Source of the DNA: Nemertoderma westbladi
Lineage: Eukaryota > Animalia > Xenacoelomorpha
Direction of reading: 5' to 3'
Assembly (NCBI GenBank): GCA_032718475.1
Contig: JAUCBJ010008780.1
Span: 1 to 64,000 of the forward strand
DNA length: 64,000 nucleotides
This document shows positions 1 to 12,531 of the stretch, one piece after another (within the stretch, counting starts at the first letter, position 1; every line of letters begins with the position of its first letter). A program made the translations under genes and the position numbers. The notes under the pieces were generated by a model. That model did not search any database. It worked only from the letters and a program-made list of their open reading frames with translations, and was not told the origin of the DNA.

Positions 1-1597
1 CGTACTATACTTAAGCCGGGTCAATGGGACCAATAGTAGTACTTAATATGTATCACATTTAGGATTAGATTATTTAGGATTAGAAGGATACATAATACCA
101 CATTTAGGATTAGATGTGTACACCATTACGTACGTCTGATGAGCACTATGTGCAAATGTACTTAATAAGTACTAATGCTGGGTCAATGGGACCATATATA
201 GCCTAGAGTCATGAGTAAAGGGTAACTGAGAAGACATATGGGTTAGAGAGAATATCAACACATAGGGAGAAAGAGGAGAAAGGGGTAGGCCATCCCGAAT
301 TTTAACACTGAATCAGGTAGAATTGGTCGTCTCTTGTCATACTGAACCTTACCAAGGCACCATCAGTTTGGTGAGAGATTGGGATGGTGGAGAAACAGTG
401 AAAAAGATAACGGCTAGTGGGGATCCATGGGACACTGAATAAAGGTGGATAAAACGATTGGCAGGCTCCTCCACTGCGTCGTAGAGGGGTGGAATGTTCC
501 ATGTAAAGGAAAACCTCGGACAACCGGGAATAAATTGCCATTTGCCCACCAGGCTGCCGGGAGGTAGCACACGGAGGGGTCACCAATATCCAGCGACACC
601 TGGATGTGTGGTCATTAAACAACAGGGCGGAGTTTAGGATTTATTATGAGGGCTCATATCCTGCGAGATAAGAAATGTCCCAAGGGGCGCAACCGGGGGT
701 ATGGGTAGGAGGGACACTTGATGGGACCACCAGCGAAACGTTATCAAGAGATGTTAACAACGAAGCCCAGGGAACTGACAACAGGGATTAGTAAAGCCAT
801 GGCGGCAAATACATCCATGACTAAGAACAAACAGGATGGCAGGGAGCGTCCAAGCCAGGATGGGAATAAAAGAGAAGAACTACAATGAACTGGAAGGATG
901 GGATAGAATTCTAGACCGACGCTCCAGATGTTGTCCACTGATGTCATTTAATGACGAGAAAGCATCAGGATGCCTGGAAGGCAGCGCCGGAATTGTAGAC
1001 TAAAGTAAAATATTCTCACCCTAGATATAAACAATATAAATAAGATTTATAAAAGAACCAATCGTAGTGTGATCATATATAACCATCAGACAATGTACTA
1101 TAGTCACATGTAACCTTTTCCAATTAGCTACTGGGACTGGGGACTAATTGACTGAAACACGAGGACGAGACAGAGGGCTCACTTACCATACATACAGCGT
1201 GCGTATGCAGGGTTATGTGAAACCCAACTGGAGTATAGAGAGTGAGAGTAAAACGGGATTGGGTACGAGAGGAATATGGCGAGGAGGTGCGATAGTTTGG
1301 GGAAAGATGAAGGGCTCGAAAATTCATATGTGTGGAGCAAGCGGAGTGGAGGATGAGTCCTATGGGTCTAATGAGGTGAGGAGGAGGTGAGGAGATTAGA
1401 CGATGGTGTCCGGGAAAGAAAATTTGGTGAAGAAGAAGGGCGATCGTCTAAACAGAGACACCAAACACCTTGGTACAACTTAGCTCGCAGATGTACCAAG
1501 GGTGGGTGGGTAGTGAGAACAGACCCAGAGGGACCAGTCTGTAAAACTGGCCCCAAGAAAAAACTCCACCCCACATCCAGTATAGTATCATCCAGTA

Positions 1598-1741
1598 CAT
1601 CCAGTACATTATGATGACTTTTCAATATTCTCCCGTGCTTCGAACAGTTATGACATCTTAATTAAGGAAAGCATACTAATTCGAAAATACAGACCTTCTC
1701 TCAACATCCAAGAATCATCTTTTCCCTTATTTTTGTTTTGA
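1598..1741 (+). pseudogene. C-terminal end of a Penelope-like element GIY-YIG endonuclease (5'-truncated copy)
   Basis: Manual translation HPVHYDDFSIFSRASNSYDILIKESILIRKYRPSLNIQESSFPLFLF* matches the typical Penelope C-terminal F.I...L.IKES..I....P.LN....S.PL.LF pattern; a hammerhead motif follows in the 3' UTR. Confidence 0.8.
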
Positions 1742-1849
1742 GCTTACAGTACTTCTTGTTAGGAATTGGCGGGTAATTCGAACTTTTGTTGTAGTCCTAC
1801 ACTAGGTTTAATTGTATAACTGTTTTATTGTCCGTTTGTGCCGCTTATT

Positions 1850-1889
1850 TACGCTGATGATGTTATTAGTAAATAACGAAACGTCCGTA
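1850..1889 (+). ncRNA. Minimal type I hammerhead ribozyme in the Penelope pseudo-LTR
   Basis: TACG-CTGATGA-T-GTTATT(AGTA)AATAAC-GAAAC-GTC-CGTA: core boxes present, 6-bp helix II, helix I TACG/CGTA, palindromic ACGT in place of helix III; predicted cleavage after C1885. Confidence 0.8.
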
Positions 1890-3511
1890 CTTGCACTGTA
1901 AACTCATTTTATTATGGTTTCAACATTCTACCAACTCGTCTTAGTAATTTTAACTCTATTGCGACTTAGATTCCCTCCTGGGACCTCATTAACATCCAGT
2001 ATTCGATTGAATTCCAGCGGAATTGCAGCGCACTTTAAGTTGATGCTATCTTCTCACTGGGAAGATAGCATGCGAGGGAGTGTTAGCGGATCCAATTTGC
2101 TGCACCACCCAGCGGAAAATGGGGAAAGGTATGATTTACATAATTGGATATGCAATATTACCAATATAATATCACTACCGAAGACACCAGGGAAATATGC
2201 ATTGCCAGCTAGAGAGAGAGATGCCGGCACATTAGCCCATCTCAGGAGGAAGCTAGCATTGGACCAGGGAAAATGGGTTTGGCCAGACAATAGATCAACC
2301 AATGATGGGGCGGTTTACCATTAATTATCGCGCATTCATTGGTAGGCCAATCCTAGGTAGGAATGTGTATCCCATGTAATATATAACCGTTACTCTGTTA
2401 ATTGTGCTTCAGATGGCTATGTAGAGTGTAGAAGTCAAATAAGTAGTTAAATAAGAAGTTAAATATAACTAATATAAAATATAAAACTTTATATTCATTA
2501 CATAATACAAATAAGTAAGACATATTCTTAGAACGTGCATAATAATCATTTAATTACGTAATACATCACCAAATTAAATCGCTCCAAATAAAACTAAATA
2601 GAATTTATCACTATAATATAATATAGTGTCCTCCTGACGACTATAGAGTTCGTCCTACTGGTCTAGTCCTTTATCTGGGCGCATAACGCTTTGGTAGGCT
2701 CGCGAGCCTTCCGTCTCCTTGTATTCACTCGTTACCGCTTCCTCGCCCCCCTGAAATGACTCATTGGTGATTTGATTCCACGTGGGCTAGGACTCCTGCG
2801 ACGGATCGCCTGTGGGTCTGGAACGCTAGGAAAGGGTATGACCGGTGTTTCACAAAGTCGCCTTGTGCTCCTCATCCAAGTAATCCTTATCCAATTCCAG
2901 GTATTTGTCTAATCGGATCGGATTTGGATGAAATATCGGAATATACGTAACAAACGGTATGCCAATATATAATATTCAGCCTATATAAAAAACTGTTGAA
3001 GAACAAAAAAGGTCAAGTATTTCGGTTACCACGTGCGGATTCCACAATAGTCATAAAATATATATACAACATCTAAGTATCCTGGAATGTGTGAGTTCCA
3101 AATGTGACAGATACAGACAGGGTTCCGGCGGTAGATATTGTAATTCGCGATATCCGCTCGAATATTGTCGATAAATCTCCCGGTAAGATTAAGAGGGAAC
3201 CTTGTTCAATACCGAGGATCTGGATAATTTGTGTAGAAAGTGTGGCATCGACACGACGGGGTTGCATGATACGCTTGATGCCCAATCAGTGCACTTTCAG
3301 ATTCAGCAACTGCAAACGGATGAACACTACAATCACATTTTATTATATTAACCTCAAGGTGAAGTCACAGCAATTAATAATAAATACTCGGCCCTAACGG
3401 ACAATGATTTTATTTTTATTATCCAAGTATCTGAGTACCAACTTCAATGCCTGGTGGACTTTTCCAAAATCTTTGTAGCAATAGACTCGACACTAATACA
3501 TCAGGGTACAT

Positions 3512-3720
3512 GTCCCATTGTCTGAGTGGATGTAGTGCCTGAACTGCTTTCATAATAGTGTTTGCAGCGCGTACGTTCGAATCCGTCTAAAGGCTGTATA
3601 AATTTCTCACTATTGTGTCCCTGGGCAAGGAAAACTTTAGACTACATCGGAGCAACACGTATGCGCCCTTTGCCCCAGTTCCCAAGGAGGGCAACCTAAC
3701 GCTAACCCTCGGAATATTTT
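3512..3720 (+). mobile_element. tRNA-derived SINE (degenerate)
   Basis: A-box-like TGTCTGAGTGG, B-box GTTCGAATCC at 3575-3584, followed by a TGTGTCCCTGGGCAAG central-domain-like motif; 3' boundary approximate. Confidence 0.55.
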
Positions 3721-3814
3721 TGCAGAATCTCGTTGATTGATCTCGATTGCTGCAAAGCTATACAATACTATAGAATTCTATATCTGTCATAGCAAAGGAG
3801 ACCACCATTTTAGC

Positions 3815-3980
3815 ATAAAAAAAAACCAAACAGTTGGCCGAATCCAGAGGCACCTCTTTTGATAGCTGCTAACCGAAGGTAGGGGTGGGCGCTACTCCAA
3901 TAGATTGTTCAGCTACCAGTAATTCAACTTGTCCCAATTTTATCGACCCCATGGGAATTGCAGACGCAGCCCTCGACCAA
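3815..3980 (-). mobile_element. SINE body fragment (Meta-domain-like)
   Basis: Minus strand contains CCCATGGGGTCGATAAAATTGG, resembling the conserved Meta SINE central domain; tRNA head not seen. Confidence 0.35.
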
Positions 3981-4635
3981 CTGACTTCCACAGACCTTTC
4001 TTTGCCTTCCTTTTTTGGCATTAGAGTTCCGCAAGATATCTATTTTCCGATTTTGTATCTGAGTTCCTGGCACTTTATCTACTTGTCTACATGCCTACAA
4101 TTTCACTACATGAGCAGTGACATTATGATGTTGACAGATAAACTTAAAACTAATTACATACCCTTTCTTTGGTTTGCTACTACTATCTATATCCTGTCTC
4201 GCCCTAAAGTAAACAAACTAACTAATATTTTATATATATTATGGAGATTAAATTACGAAAGATTTCCTGAACTGTTTACTAAACATATTTATTTAGTTAT
4301 ACAGCTATTAAATTCACAATGTAACGGAATTATGCTAAAGACCCCACCTTATATGGTGTTGCATATTATTCATATCTTATGTACAACTTTCCTACTTATA
4401 TGCGGCGACACATTTAATAGATGAATGTTATCATATATAACGGATCAACACAACCTTATATAAAAATGAGACGGGGTTTGGGCATATTATTTTTGCTCTA
4501 TTCAATATCACACTTATTTATCAAAAAATTTCTCGTTAAGTTTTCTTGAACCGGATTCAATTTAGTAAAATTACAATTATGGAATAAAATGACAAATTCC
4601 AACGGCAAATCAAAATTAACTAATGTCGAGGACAG

Positions 4636-4880
4636 TTCGCGTCGGGTTTTCAGGGGCATTGATCCAGAAAACCTGTTACATCAATGCAGAAGAACAGGTG
4701 GCAGTTGTGGCTGCATAGTTATTCTTACTAAGGGTATAATCTGGTCTTGTAATTAGGGCCACCTTGGTTTCTGGGATAAGGACATAAAGTCATCTTTTGT
4801 CTTGGGTCAATAACGACACATGTACTCGTCCACAACAGGTGTATAACCTGACCAGGTAGTTTGTAATCAACTGAGAAATC
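4636..4880 (+). mobile_element. Decayed copy of the RTE LINE 5' UTR seen at about 53640-53870
   Basis: Colinear shared motifs with the 53.6-53.9 kb leader: cattgatc.agaaaac, gctgcatag, aatctggtc, ttctgggataaggac, cctgaccagg. Confidence 0.6.
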
Positions 4881-5021
4881 TATTTTATCGAGGAATATCT
4901 GTCTGCCAATCTCTCTGTCAAAATGTAAGACAGACAACAGACAGACGGACTAGATTCCATAAAATATTGAAACTAAGGTTTGAGATGAAATCACGATCCA
5001 GAAAACCCCCGTAAATACAAT

Positions 5022-5608
5022 GTTGCTCGGGGGTGTGCTTCCTTGCTCGGAGGTGTGCTTCCTTGCTCGGGGGTGTGCTTCCTTGCTCGGGGGTGTGCTT
5101 CCTTGCTCGGGGGTGTGCTTCCTTGTTCGGGGGGGTGCTTCCTTGCTCGGGGGTGTGCTTCCTTGCTCGGGGGTGTGCTTCCTTGCTCGGGGGTGTGATT
5201 CCTTGCTCGGGGGTGTGCTTCCTTGCTCGGTGGTGTGCTTCCTTGCTCGGGGGTGTGCTTCCTTGCTCGGGGGTGTGCTTCCTTGCTCGGGGGTGTGCTT
5301 CCTTGCTCGGGGGTGTGCTTACGTGCTCGGGGGTGTGCTTCCTTGCTCGGGGGTGTGCTTCCTTGCTCGGGGGTGTGCTTCCTTGCTCGGGGGTGTGCTT
5401 CCTTGCTGCTCGGGGGTGTGCTTCCTTGCTCGGGGGTGTGCTTCCTTGCTCGGGGGTGTGCTTCCTTGCTCGGGGGTGTGCTTCCTTGCTCGGGTGTGTG
5501 CTTCCTTGCTCGGGGGTGTGCTTCCTTACTCGGGGGTGTGCTTCCTTGCTCGGGGGTGTGCTTCCTTGCTCGGGGGTGTGCTTCCTTGCTTGGGGGTGTG
5601 CTTCCTTA
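5022..5608. repeat. 20-bp minisatellite (CCTTGCTCGGGGGTGTGCTT)n, about 29 units
   Basis: Directly visible tandem array with few variant units. Confidence 0.97.
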
Positions 5609-6041
5609 CTCTCAGACACTAGCCAACAAAGTTGTAACAAATTATGTAAAGTCCTACGAAATATATGCAAAAAATAATTAAAAAATATTAGTAATGGATT
5701 ATTTTAAAAACATTAGTCACCGTAAAGTTCTATCTACCTTTAAAACAACACAGGGTATAACAAATTTGAAGACCAACAAGTCATATCCAAAAATATTTGA
5801 AAAGAGGCTTTATTAAAGAAATTATTATTAAATTTTATAAAAATTAAACATTATATTATTCACTATTTTGTTAACTAATATAAACTGAATTGACTTGTTA
5901 TTTGACACTATCAATTCAGGACATTTTGCATAACATAAACTACTATAATTGTTAGAAATAAGAATTCCAACTCCAGTGAAAGTTCAGTCACCGTAAATGT
6001 AACATTCGCGAAAATTTATTACAAAACAAAGCACATTGACT

Positions 6042-6611
6042 ATGAACTCAAGCATACTACTGGCGTTGTTAGCGTTAGCCACAGCTACTATTAGTGATAC
6101 TGTTACTGCGGATGGATCTAAAAGATATTGTTACTGTGAACCAGCAAATTGTACTTATAAAGAAAATGATTTGGGTAAAATTGGATGTACGAATAGAGAT
6201 CTTATACCTTTTGAAGTTAATATACCCGAGGAAGACCATACATGGAGTTGGGTATTTAACGACCCACCAGTCGTACAATTAATAAAAAATGTAACACGTT
6301 ATGATGATAACAAGGAATTTCATTGTATAGCGACGGGCATTGCCATAGAAGTTGAAACATGTAAAATTACTGTTGAATATCCTTCTGGGGAGATTGAAAA
6401 AGGTGAAACTGGGAGTATTCAAATAAACTGTAGCCATGATGGTGATACGAATTTGAATACATTTGATTGGGTTTTGAAGATTGATGAAATAGAGCAAATT
6501 AACGACAAAAGCGAGTCAAATGCCATCGGTTCTTTGAAAGCAACACATAATGGTAACTACACATGTGGGGCGAGTAAGCTTATCGGTTACTATGATGATG
6601 GAAAGAAGTAG
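6042..6611 (+). CDS. Intronless secreted immunoglobulin-superfamily-like protein, possibly truncated by a premature stop
   Basis: Signal peptide MNSSILLALLALATAT; Ig-like motifs NVTRYDDNKEFHC, ITVEYP, INCSHDG...FDW...GNYTCGAS; TCAGT initiator-like motif near 5984. Confidence 0.6.
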   Translation: MNSSILLALLALATATISDTVTADGSKRYCYCEPANCTYKENDLGKIGCTNRDLIPFEVNIPEEDHTWSWVFNDPPVVQLIKNVTRYDDNKEFHCIATGIAIEVETCKITVEYPSGEIEKGETGSIQINCSHDGDTNLNTFDWVLKIDEIEQINDKSESNAIGSLKATHNGNYTCGASKLIGYYDDGKK

Positions 6612-6744
6612 ACAAAGAATACCAAATCTCTAAAAGTTGAATCAAGTACAGAATTGATGTAGGGGTAAAACGAAGAGTTAATCTATAAAATTCTGAATCA
6701 AAGTGCATTTTATGTGCTATTTATATATTGATACTGTTTTACTT

Positions 6745-6950
6745 ATGCAATGTTATAAATGAATCAATACCTGAAGGAATTATGCAATGTTATAATGGAT
6801 CAATACCTGAATTAATTTTTCAATGTTATAATGAAAAAATACTTGAATTAATTGTGCAATGTTATAATGAATAAATACCTGAATTAATTTTTCAATGTTG
6901 CAATGAATCAATAACTGGATTAATTATTATTCAATGGTATTACGAATTTA
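6745..6950. repeat. Degenerate AT-rich tandem repeat of about 37 bp (caatgttataatgaatcaatacctgaattaat...)
   Basis: Five to six visible units. Confidence 0.75.
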
Positions 6951-7004
6951 TTCCTGACATAATCATGACTTCCTTTGTTCTGGAAGGCCACTTGTGTCAA
7001 CCTC

Positions 7005-7110
7005 CAGTAAAGAAGGTTGAAAATTTCTACCACAATCTACAAGCAGCTACTGATGAAGTGGATCAGCATGCATTCTTAACTTTCCTGGGTGCCTTTGATG
7101 CCAGCCATCA
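7005..7110 (+). pseudogene. Small LINE APE endonuclease fragment (RTE-like)
   Basis: VENFYHNLQAATDEVDQHAFLTFLGAFDA resembles the E.FY..L......P.H.....GDFNA segment of APE domains. Confidence 0.45.
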
Positions 7111-7619
7111 TTCCTCAACATCGCCAGCCATGCGTCTATGTATGTATGGATGGATGTGTAATATCGACTATTGAGTTCATAAGCACTGAATTAGAGCACA
7201 AAATTGGAATAATTAAACGAATACACAGAAATCTAAATGATATACCAATAAATAGTCCTATGAATGAATATCAATATAATGATGATATAGAATAAATTAA
7301 TTGTCGTTGTGTATGTCAAAATTGAAATTGTAATACAAAAACCATTTTTAGGGGGTCGGAGCCACCCACCCCCCCTAATTTTTTTCAAATTTCAATAAAA
7401 TGCTACAAAATTGATGATGATGATGATAGATCGACACCTTTTCTTACTGTTGGCCTGGCCAGATTTTTCAATTTCTCAATTTCTCAAGTTGTATTATTAT
7501 CATTTCACCGCGTTATCGCTCATTGTCTGTCATCACATATCATTCCGTCGGGTGGCGTTAAAAAGGTGCTAAGTACCAGTTCTATCAAACTGAGGAAATT
7601 TCATTAATTCAAACTGAGT

Positions 7620-7885
7620 TATCACATGAAGTTAGGTCATTTTAAACGGCACCGTTTAAAATGGCCTAACTATGAATCGACAAAATCATGTAGAGTTAGG
7701 CAATTTAAACGGCACCATTTAAAATGGCCTAACTCTGAACCCATAATACCATGTAGAGTTAGGCCATTTTAAAAGGTGCCGTTTAAAATGACCTAACTAT
7801 GAATTCACAAAAACATGTAGAGTTAGGCCATATTAAATGGCGCCGTTTAAAATGGCCAAACTCTGAATCGAAAAAACCATGTAGA
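7620..7885. repeat. Subterminal tandem palindromic repeat of about 57-58 bp (gttaggccattttaaacggcaccgtttaaaatggcctaac); more copies at about 30785-30875
   Basis: Each unit is an imperfect inverted repeat; copies lie near both ends of the Sola element. Confidence 0.8.
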
Positions 7886-8939
7886 AAACCATCGTTTATA
7901 CCCACCCTATTCGCACGTTTAAATTATATTTTTTGTTACAGGCTGTTGTTACAGCCTCTTAGGTTGTTAGAAATAAATAGACAAAAAATAAATATGAAGA
8001 TTGAAGACTTTAATTATATCCAATGGATAAGCATAATTGTTTAAAAATATTGTTACGAACTGTATAAAAAATAAATTAAAACTAAAAGATCCAATAAATA
8101 AATAATTAAAAAGATGACATGAGAGAGCTTAATCAAGCGCCTGTAATAAATATAGCATTTTTATTATAGAAACAATTCTGGGGACATTTCTTCCGGGGAC
8201 ATTTATTCCAGGGGACATTTCTTCTAGGGACATAATTGGAGGGACATTTCTTCAAGATACATTTTTTTCTGGGCACATTTTTTCATGAACCGCACTGGCT
8301 GACAGCCACAGTGCAGATTTTTTGCAGATTTTATGGGGTAGGGAAAAACCGTGGACGCGGACAAGGATGCTGACACTTACACGGATGAATATAATTATAA
8401 TGCTGTACAAGTGTACAGTGTAAAAGTGTACCTCTAAACAACGCTACAGTATACTGAGGACTATAATAATAAAACTTTATCTCATCCATGAAGGACATCA
8501 AAATTAATTCAGAAATTAATTCAGTTTTCTTAATATTAAAGAACAAATAAATAAATAGATGCCACATGCCAATTTAAGGCCAATGTAGCACATATAATAT
8601 ATAGACTACCAGTCTCATTTAAATAAAGACAGCGACAAGGATTGTAACGGGTTTCCCCCAAACTGAAATTATCCAAAAGAAATATTGCCCCCATAGTAAA
8701 GATTGCCCACTGGTAAGATTGCCCCAATAAACACTGCCTACAGGTAGCAAAGAACTTATTATGGCCCCCCATCCAGCCATCGAGGTTTATTGAATGACAA
8801 TGATGTTCACTCTGTCCCGCCGCCTCCATCAACCTTCACATCATTACAACATGCTACCAGCAATGACCCTCTTTCTCTTTTGTTCTATGAGTTACCGGGA
8901 GAGGAGGTCCCATTAAATCCCGCTTGTACCGGTATGCCT

Positions 8940-10803
8940 ACCAATAACGAAATCACTGGCGACTCCAACGAGGAGATAAATCACATGATGGTGGACCAGG
9001 ATAAAGGAAGTGTCTTCTAGTCCTTTGGATTGCTCAGGTGATTCTGCCAGTAAGACTGGTAGGAAGCGCTCCCGAATTGTCAGCAACTGGAAAGTGACTA
9101 AAAACAAAGCAGCATATAATGGTGGGAAGTCATACGTAAACAATAGTGGAGTGACTATACCAGAGAAAAATGTAGGCATACCAGCTGCATTTAACAATTG
9201 TAATGTAAAGTGTAGGTTCCAATGTGCTGAATCTTGCTCAATTCAAGACTGAAAGCGGTTCCTAAAACGAATACTATACATTGCCTGATCTTCGAGAGAA
9301 AAGGTTCTGGTTATTGGCTCATACAGAACGGGTATCCATTAAATCCAGGAAGTCTAAAGGCGTAAAGTCATATAATTATGTGTGTTTCCTTCAAACCCAC
9401 GAAGGGAAGCGTTTGAGAGTTTGCCAGGATTTCTTTGTAAAAACTCTGAAAATCAGCAAAAAGAAAATATATGCAGCCTATTCGCGTAACTCTACAGGAA
9501 TTCATTCCGTATGCTGATTAGCGAAAAGGGGGTAACAACACTCATTTGTTTGCTGATCGGGTCCGTAAACATATAAGATCTTTAAAACTGTGGAAAGCCA
9601 TTATTGCTGTAAAAAAAACGAATCGCCGTTATTTGGATTGTAGGATGAAATCTGTGCAGAATTAGTACAGACTATATGTTGTAGGATAGAAGGAAGCTGG
9701 CTTTACGGATATTGCAAGTCTTACATTATTGCATATTACATATTGCAAGTCAATATATATTTAACCGCGAATTTAACTTAAGTTTCCATTCACCTAGAAT
9801 GGATCAATGTGAAACATGTATTCAATTCAAGGAAGGAATTATTCCTGCAGATAAAGAGGTTTGTATTTAATTGATAGGCCTATATATTATATATATATAT
9901 ACCAGACCGGAGCAGGCAAAATTCCATATTCTTCTATCGTTTCCTAGCTAGTGTGTCGAAATATTTTCACAGACTGACATTTGGCAACCCTTAGCTCATT
10001 GGAAATGCCATTTATCAAAGTATTTTGCAACCAAAAATTGTTATATTATATATCCTATATATATTATATATAGTCAGGGTAAGAAACAGCTGTGAATAAG
10101 GGGTAAAAAAACACAACATTTTTCTACATTCACATTGTTTTTATCCAGTAATACTCATTTTCTTAGTCACTAACATTCGTTGTCAATAATATCAACACAT
10201 TTATCAATAATATAATTTTTATGCGCTTTGACTCTCTTTTTTTCCGCGTTCCTGAAAAATGTGTTAACTATTCCACTTCGTACATCAAGGACCATTTCTA
10301 TAAACATAAACTCAAGGTATTTAATTTGACTGAATCGTTGCGCTTACTGAATTCCGTCAAGCCAATTGGGATCAATGTTCTTTGGAACGAGCAGGAAGGG
10401 AGGCGAGGCGGGAATGACCTAGCTTCGGGGGTGGTAAAGGTGGTTAATACTGCAATGAATTTTATTCCAAACCATTACAAGAAACTTATAATATAGTTGG
10501 ACAGCTGTGTGGCATAGAACAGAAATTCGTTCCATTCCACCGCACTGAAATTGTGGCTGCAGGGACAGACCTCAATTTATATTATTGAGCTATATTATAG
10601 TGTTGCTGGACACTCTCTTGTCCACTTGTCCAGGAGGTGGATGCTATACACTCGATAATAGAGAAGCATTTAAGGATGCTCGAAACGTGGTCCCCGTTGG
10701 GATTATTTAGCCAACTAAAAGATGTACGAAGTGAAGATTGGGTAGTTACGAGGCTATTGTCAGCAGATTTCAGAGACTATCAAAGTGTAGCTGCACGGTA
10801 CAA
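8940..10803 (+). pseudogene. Sola1-type DDD transposase, disrupted (probably with an intron near 9860-10200)
   Basis: Motifs RVCQDFFVKTLKIS, ESHY, FNREFNLSFHSPRMDQCETC, WNEQEGRRGGNDLAS, DSC...NRN, GHS...EVDAIHSIIE; several stops and frameshifts. Confidence 0.75.
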
Positions 10804-11058
10804 GTGAGTATTCATTTTTTTGTTTGAACTAAATTATTATTTAAACTAAATTATTAACCTCGTAGTAGGAAAGAGACCTACTCAGAGTCCTACTCCTCGG
10901 GTTAAAACAATAGGAAAAACAACAAAACAACCGGTCAATAATGTACGTTAATTATAATCATTAAACAATGTATGTTATTGTTAATTAAACCATCTTTTCA
11001 TTTTAAATTCTAAATTGTTAATTACAGCTTGATGTTTAGTTGTCTTTTAATTAAAGTC

Positions 11059-12531
11059 TGTAAAGGCTTTTGCGTAATCAGCCGGTTATTTTCCCCGTAA
11101 AGTACTCTGTAGTTGGTTTAACAGGCATAAAAAGCCGTGTCCTTACTGTATTGTTGTTTTAGAGGACATAAAAGCCATTTCTTCTGTATGTGTACTTTAG
11201 CGGACATGATTAGCAATTCTATGACGCAATACGCCGGATCCTCTTGAAACAGTGTAGATACCATGACGACGGCTAACAGCTGATATTGCCACGTGGAAGT
11301 AAAAGTAAAGTAAAGTAAATTTTCTTCGGCCGCTAGGCCAGGGATTACGCACAAAGTCTGACGACTTATTTCCAGTGCGGTCCCCCCAGAACTTTACTCC
11401 CCAGAGGAAACTCCAGTACTCATTTAGCTACCACTTAAGGATGCAAGGCAGAGATGCGCCCTGGCTGGTCCCTTTAAAGCATTCGTGCCGAAACGAAAAC
11501 TGCCCTGGCCCATGTGAGGATCGAACCCACGACCTACAGGAGATGGGAATTCAATGCAACCACTACACCAAGGTGGAACCTTGGTGGAACATCTCTTTGT
11601 TCTTTGTTCTCTCTTTGTTCGGTCGACCAATCAGAGCGTTTTTTGCCTCTGTGTTGGAGATTGTATATAGAAACTAGTGAAGTGAGTCAGTATGTGATTT
11701 TGTCCACAGCCTACAACACCGGCGTGGAACCTCCGTGTTTCAGTCTTTAGTTCAACATTAGTAGGCTTAATTATAGAGCGTATATCCGTTATCTCAACTT
11801 ATCACACTAATCTAATCTCATAACTTAATCATAAATCATACTCACTCATAACATACTTTAACATTACTGCTTTTGCTGTCGGTTATTCATTATATTTGTT
11901 GATGGAATATTATATTTGAAATACGGATCAATAATCAGACACCCCAATCTTCTTGATATACTAAAGGTTAGAGAGACCGGTTACATATAACGATTGCGAC
12001 TTATATTAAGTGGTTTGAAGTGAATCTAACGCTATTTTATAGGCCCTACATGTATTGTCTGTTATTCTCTTTGTATGTGACTAAAATTAGTGAAGGTCGG
12101 CAGATTGGTGTGCAGCATTGTGCAGTATTGTGTATGATTGTGATTGATAACGAAGCATCTCCTAAAGAATGCGCCATATACGTGAATCTATAGCCATCCC
12201 GTTGTGTATAGTTTAAGTCATAACTCTGTTTATATATTTAAAGCGCCACGTCCTAAAGGAACTGTTAATATTTCCCGAAAGTGAATAATATTTGTCAGAG
12301 ATTATATATATTAAGATCAGTCGAATAATACAGTAGGCCTATCCCGCAATACGATTAGGCTTCCGAATCCAGTCTCCCGGGTATATCCAACCAACGGGTG
12401 AATGATCGCGCATAGACTGGTTTCGGCTAATGTAGTGTATCAAATATTTGTCGTAGGCTAAAGACTATCTATTATCTAGAAGACATCCTAATTTGGCAGG
12501 TTAAACTGCTAAAGGTCTGAAAGCGCGAACA
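11059..12531 (+). repeat. E1 5' LTR (carries a SINE insertion)
   Basis: Near-identical to 25019-26196 apart from the insertion and a few substitutions; TATA-like TATATAG near 11664 and TCAGT near 11687. Confidence 0.95.
11299..11583 (-). mobile_element. tRNA-derived SINE of about 285 bp with (TTTAC)n tail, inserted in the E1 5' LTR
   Basis: Absent from the 3' LTR; TSD GTGGAA (11293-11298 and 11584-11589); A box TGGTGTAGTGG, B box GGTTCGATCC; tail type suggests an RTE partner (inference). Confidence 0.9.

Noticed and set aside
300-3400. Short ORFs and an LTR-like segment around 1960-2900
   Set aside because: Apart from the Penelope fragment I could recognise no domain, paired LTR or TSD; probably decayed retroelement sequence.
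4918-5681. Long overlapping ORFs on both strands
   Set aside because: Artefacts of a stop-free 20-bp minisatellite.
11510-11583. Functional tRNA gene (also 3512-3590, 55340-55409, 57811-57880)
   Set aside because: A and B boxes are present but I could not fold a full cloverleaf; the context is a SINE head.
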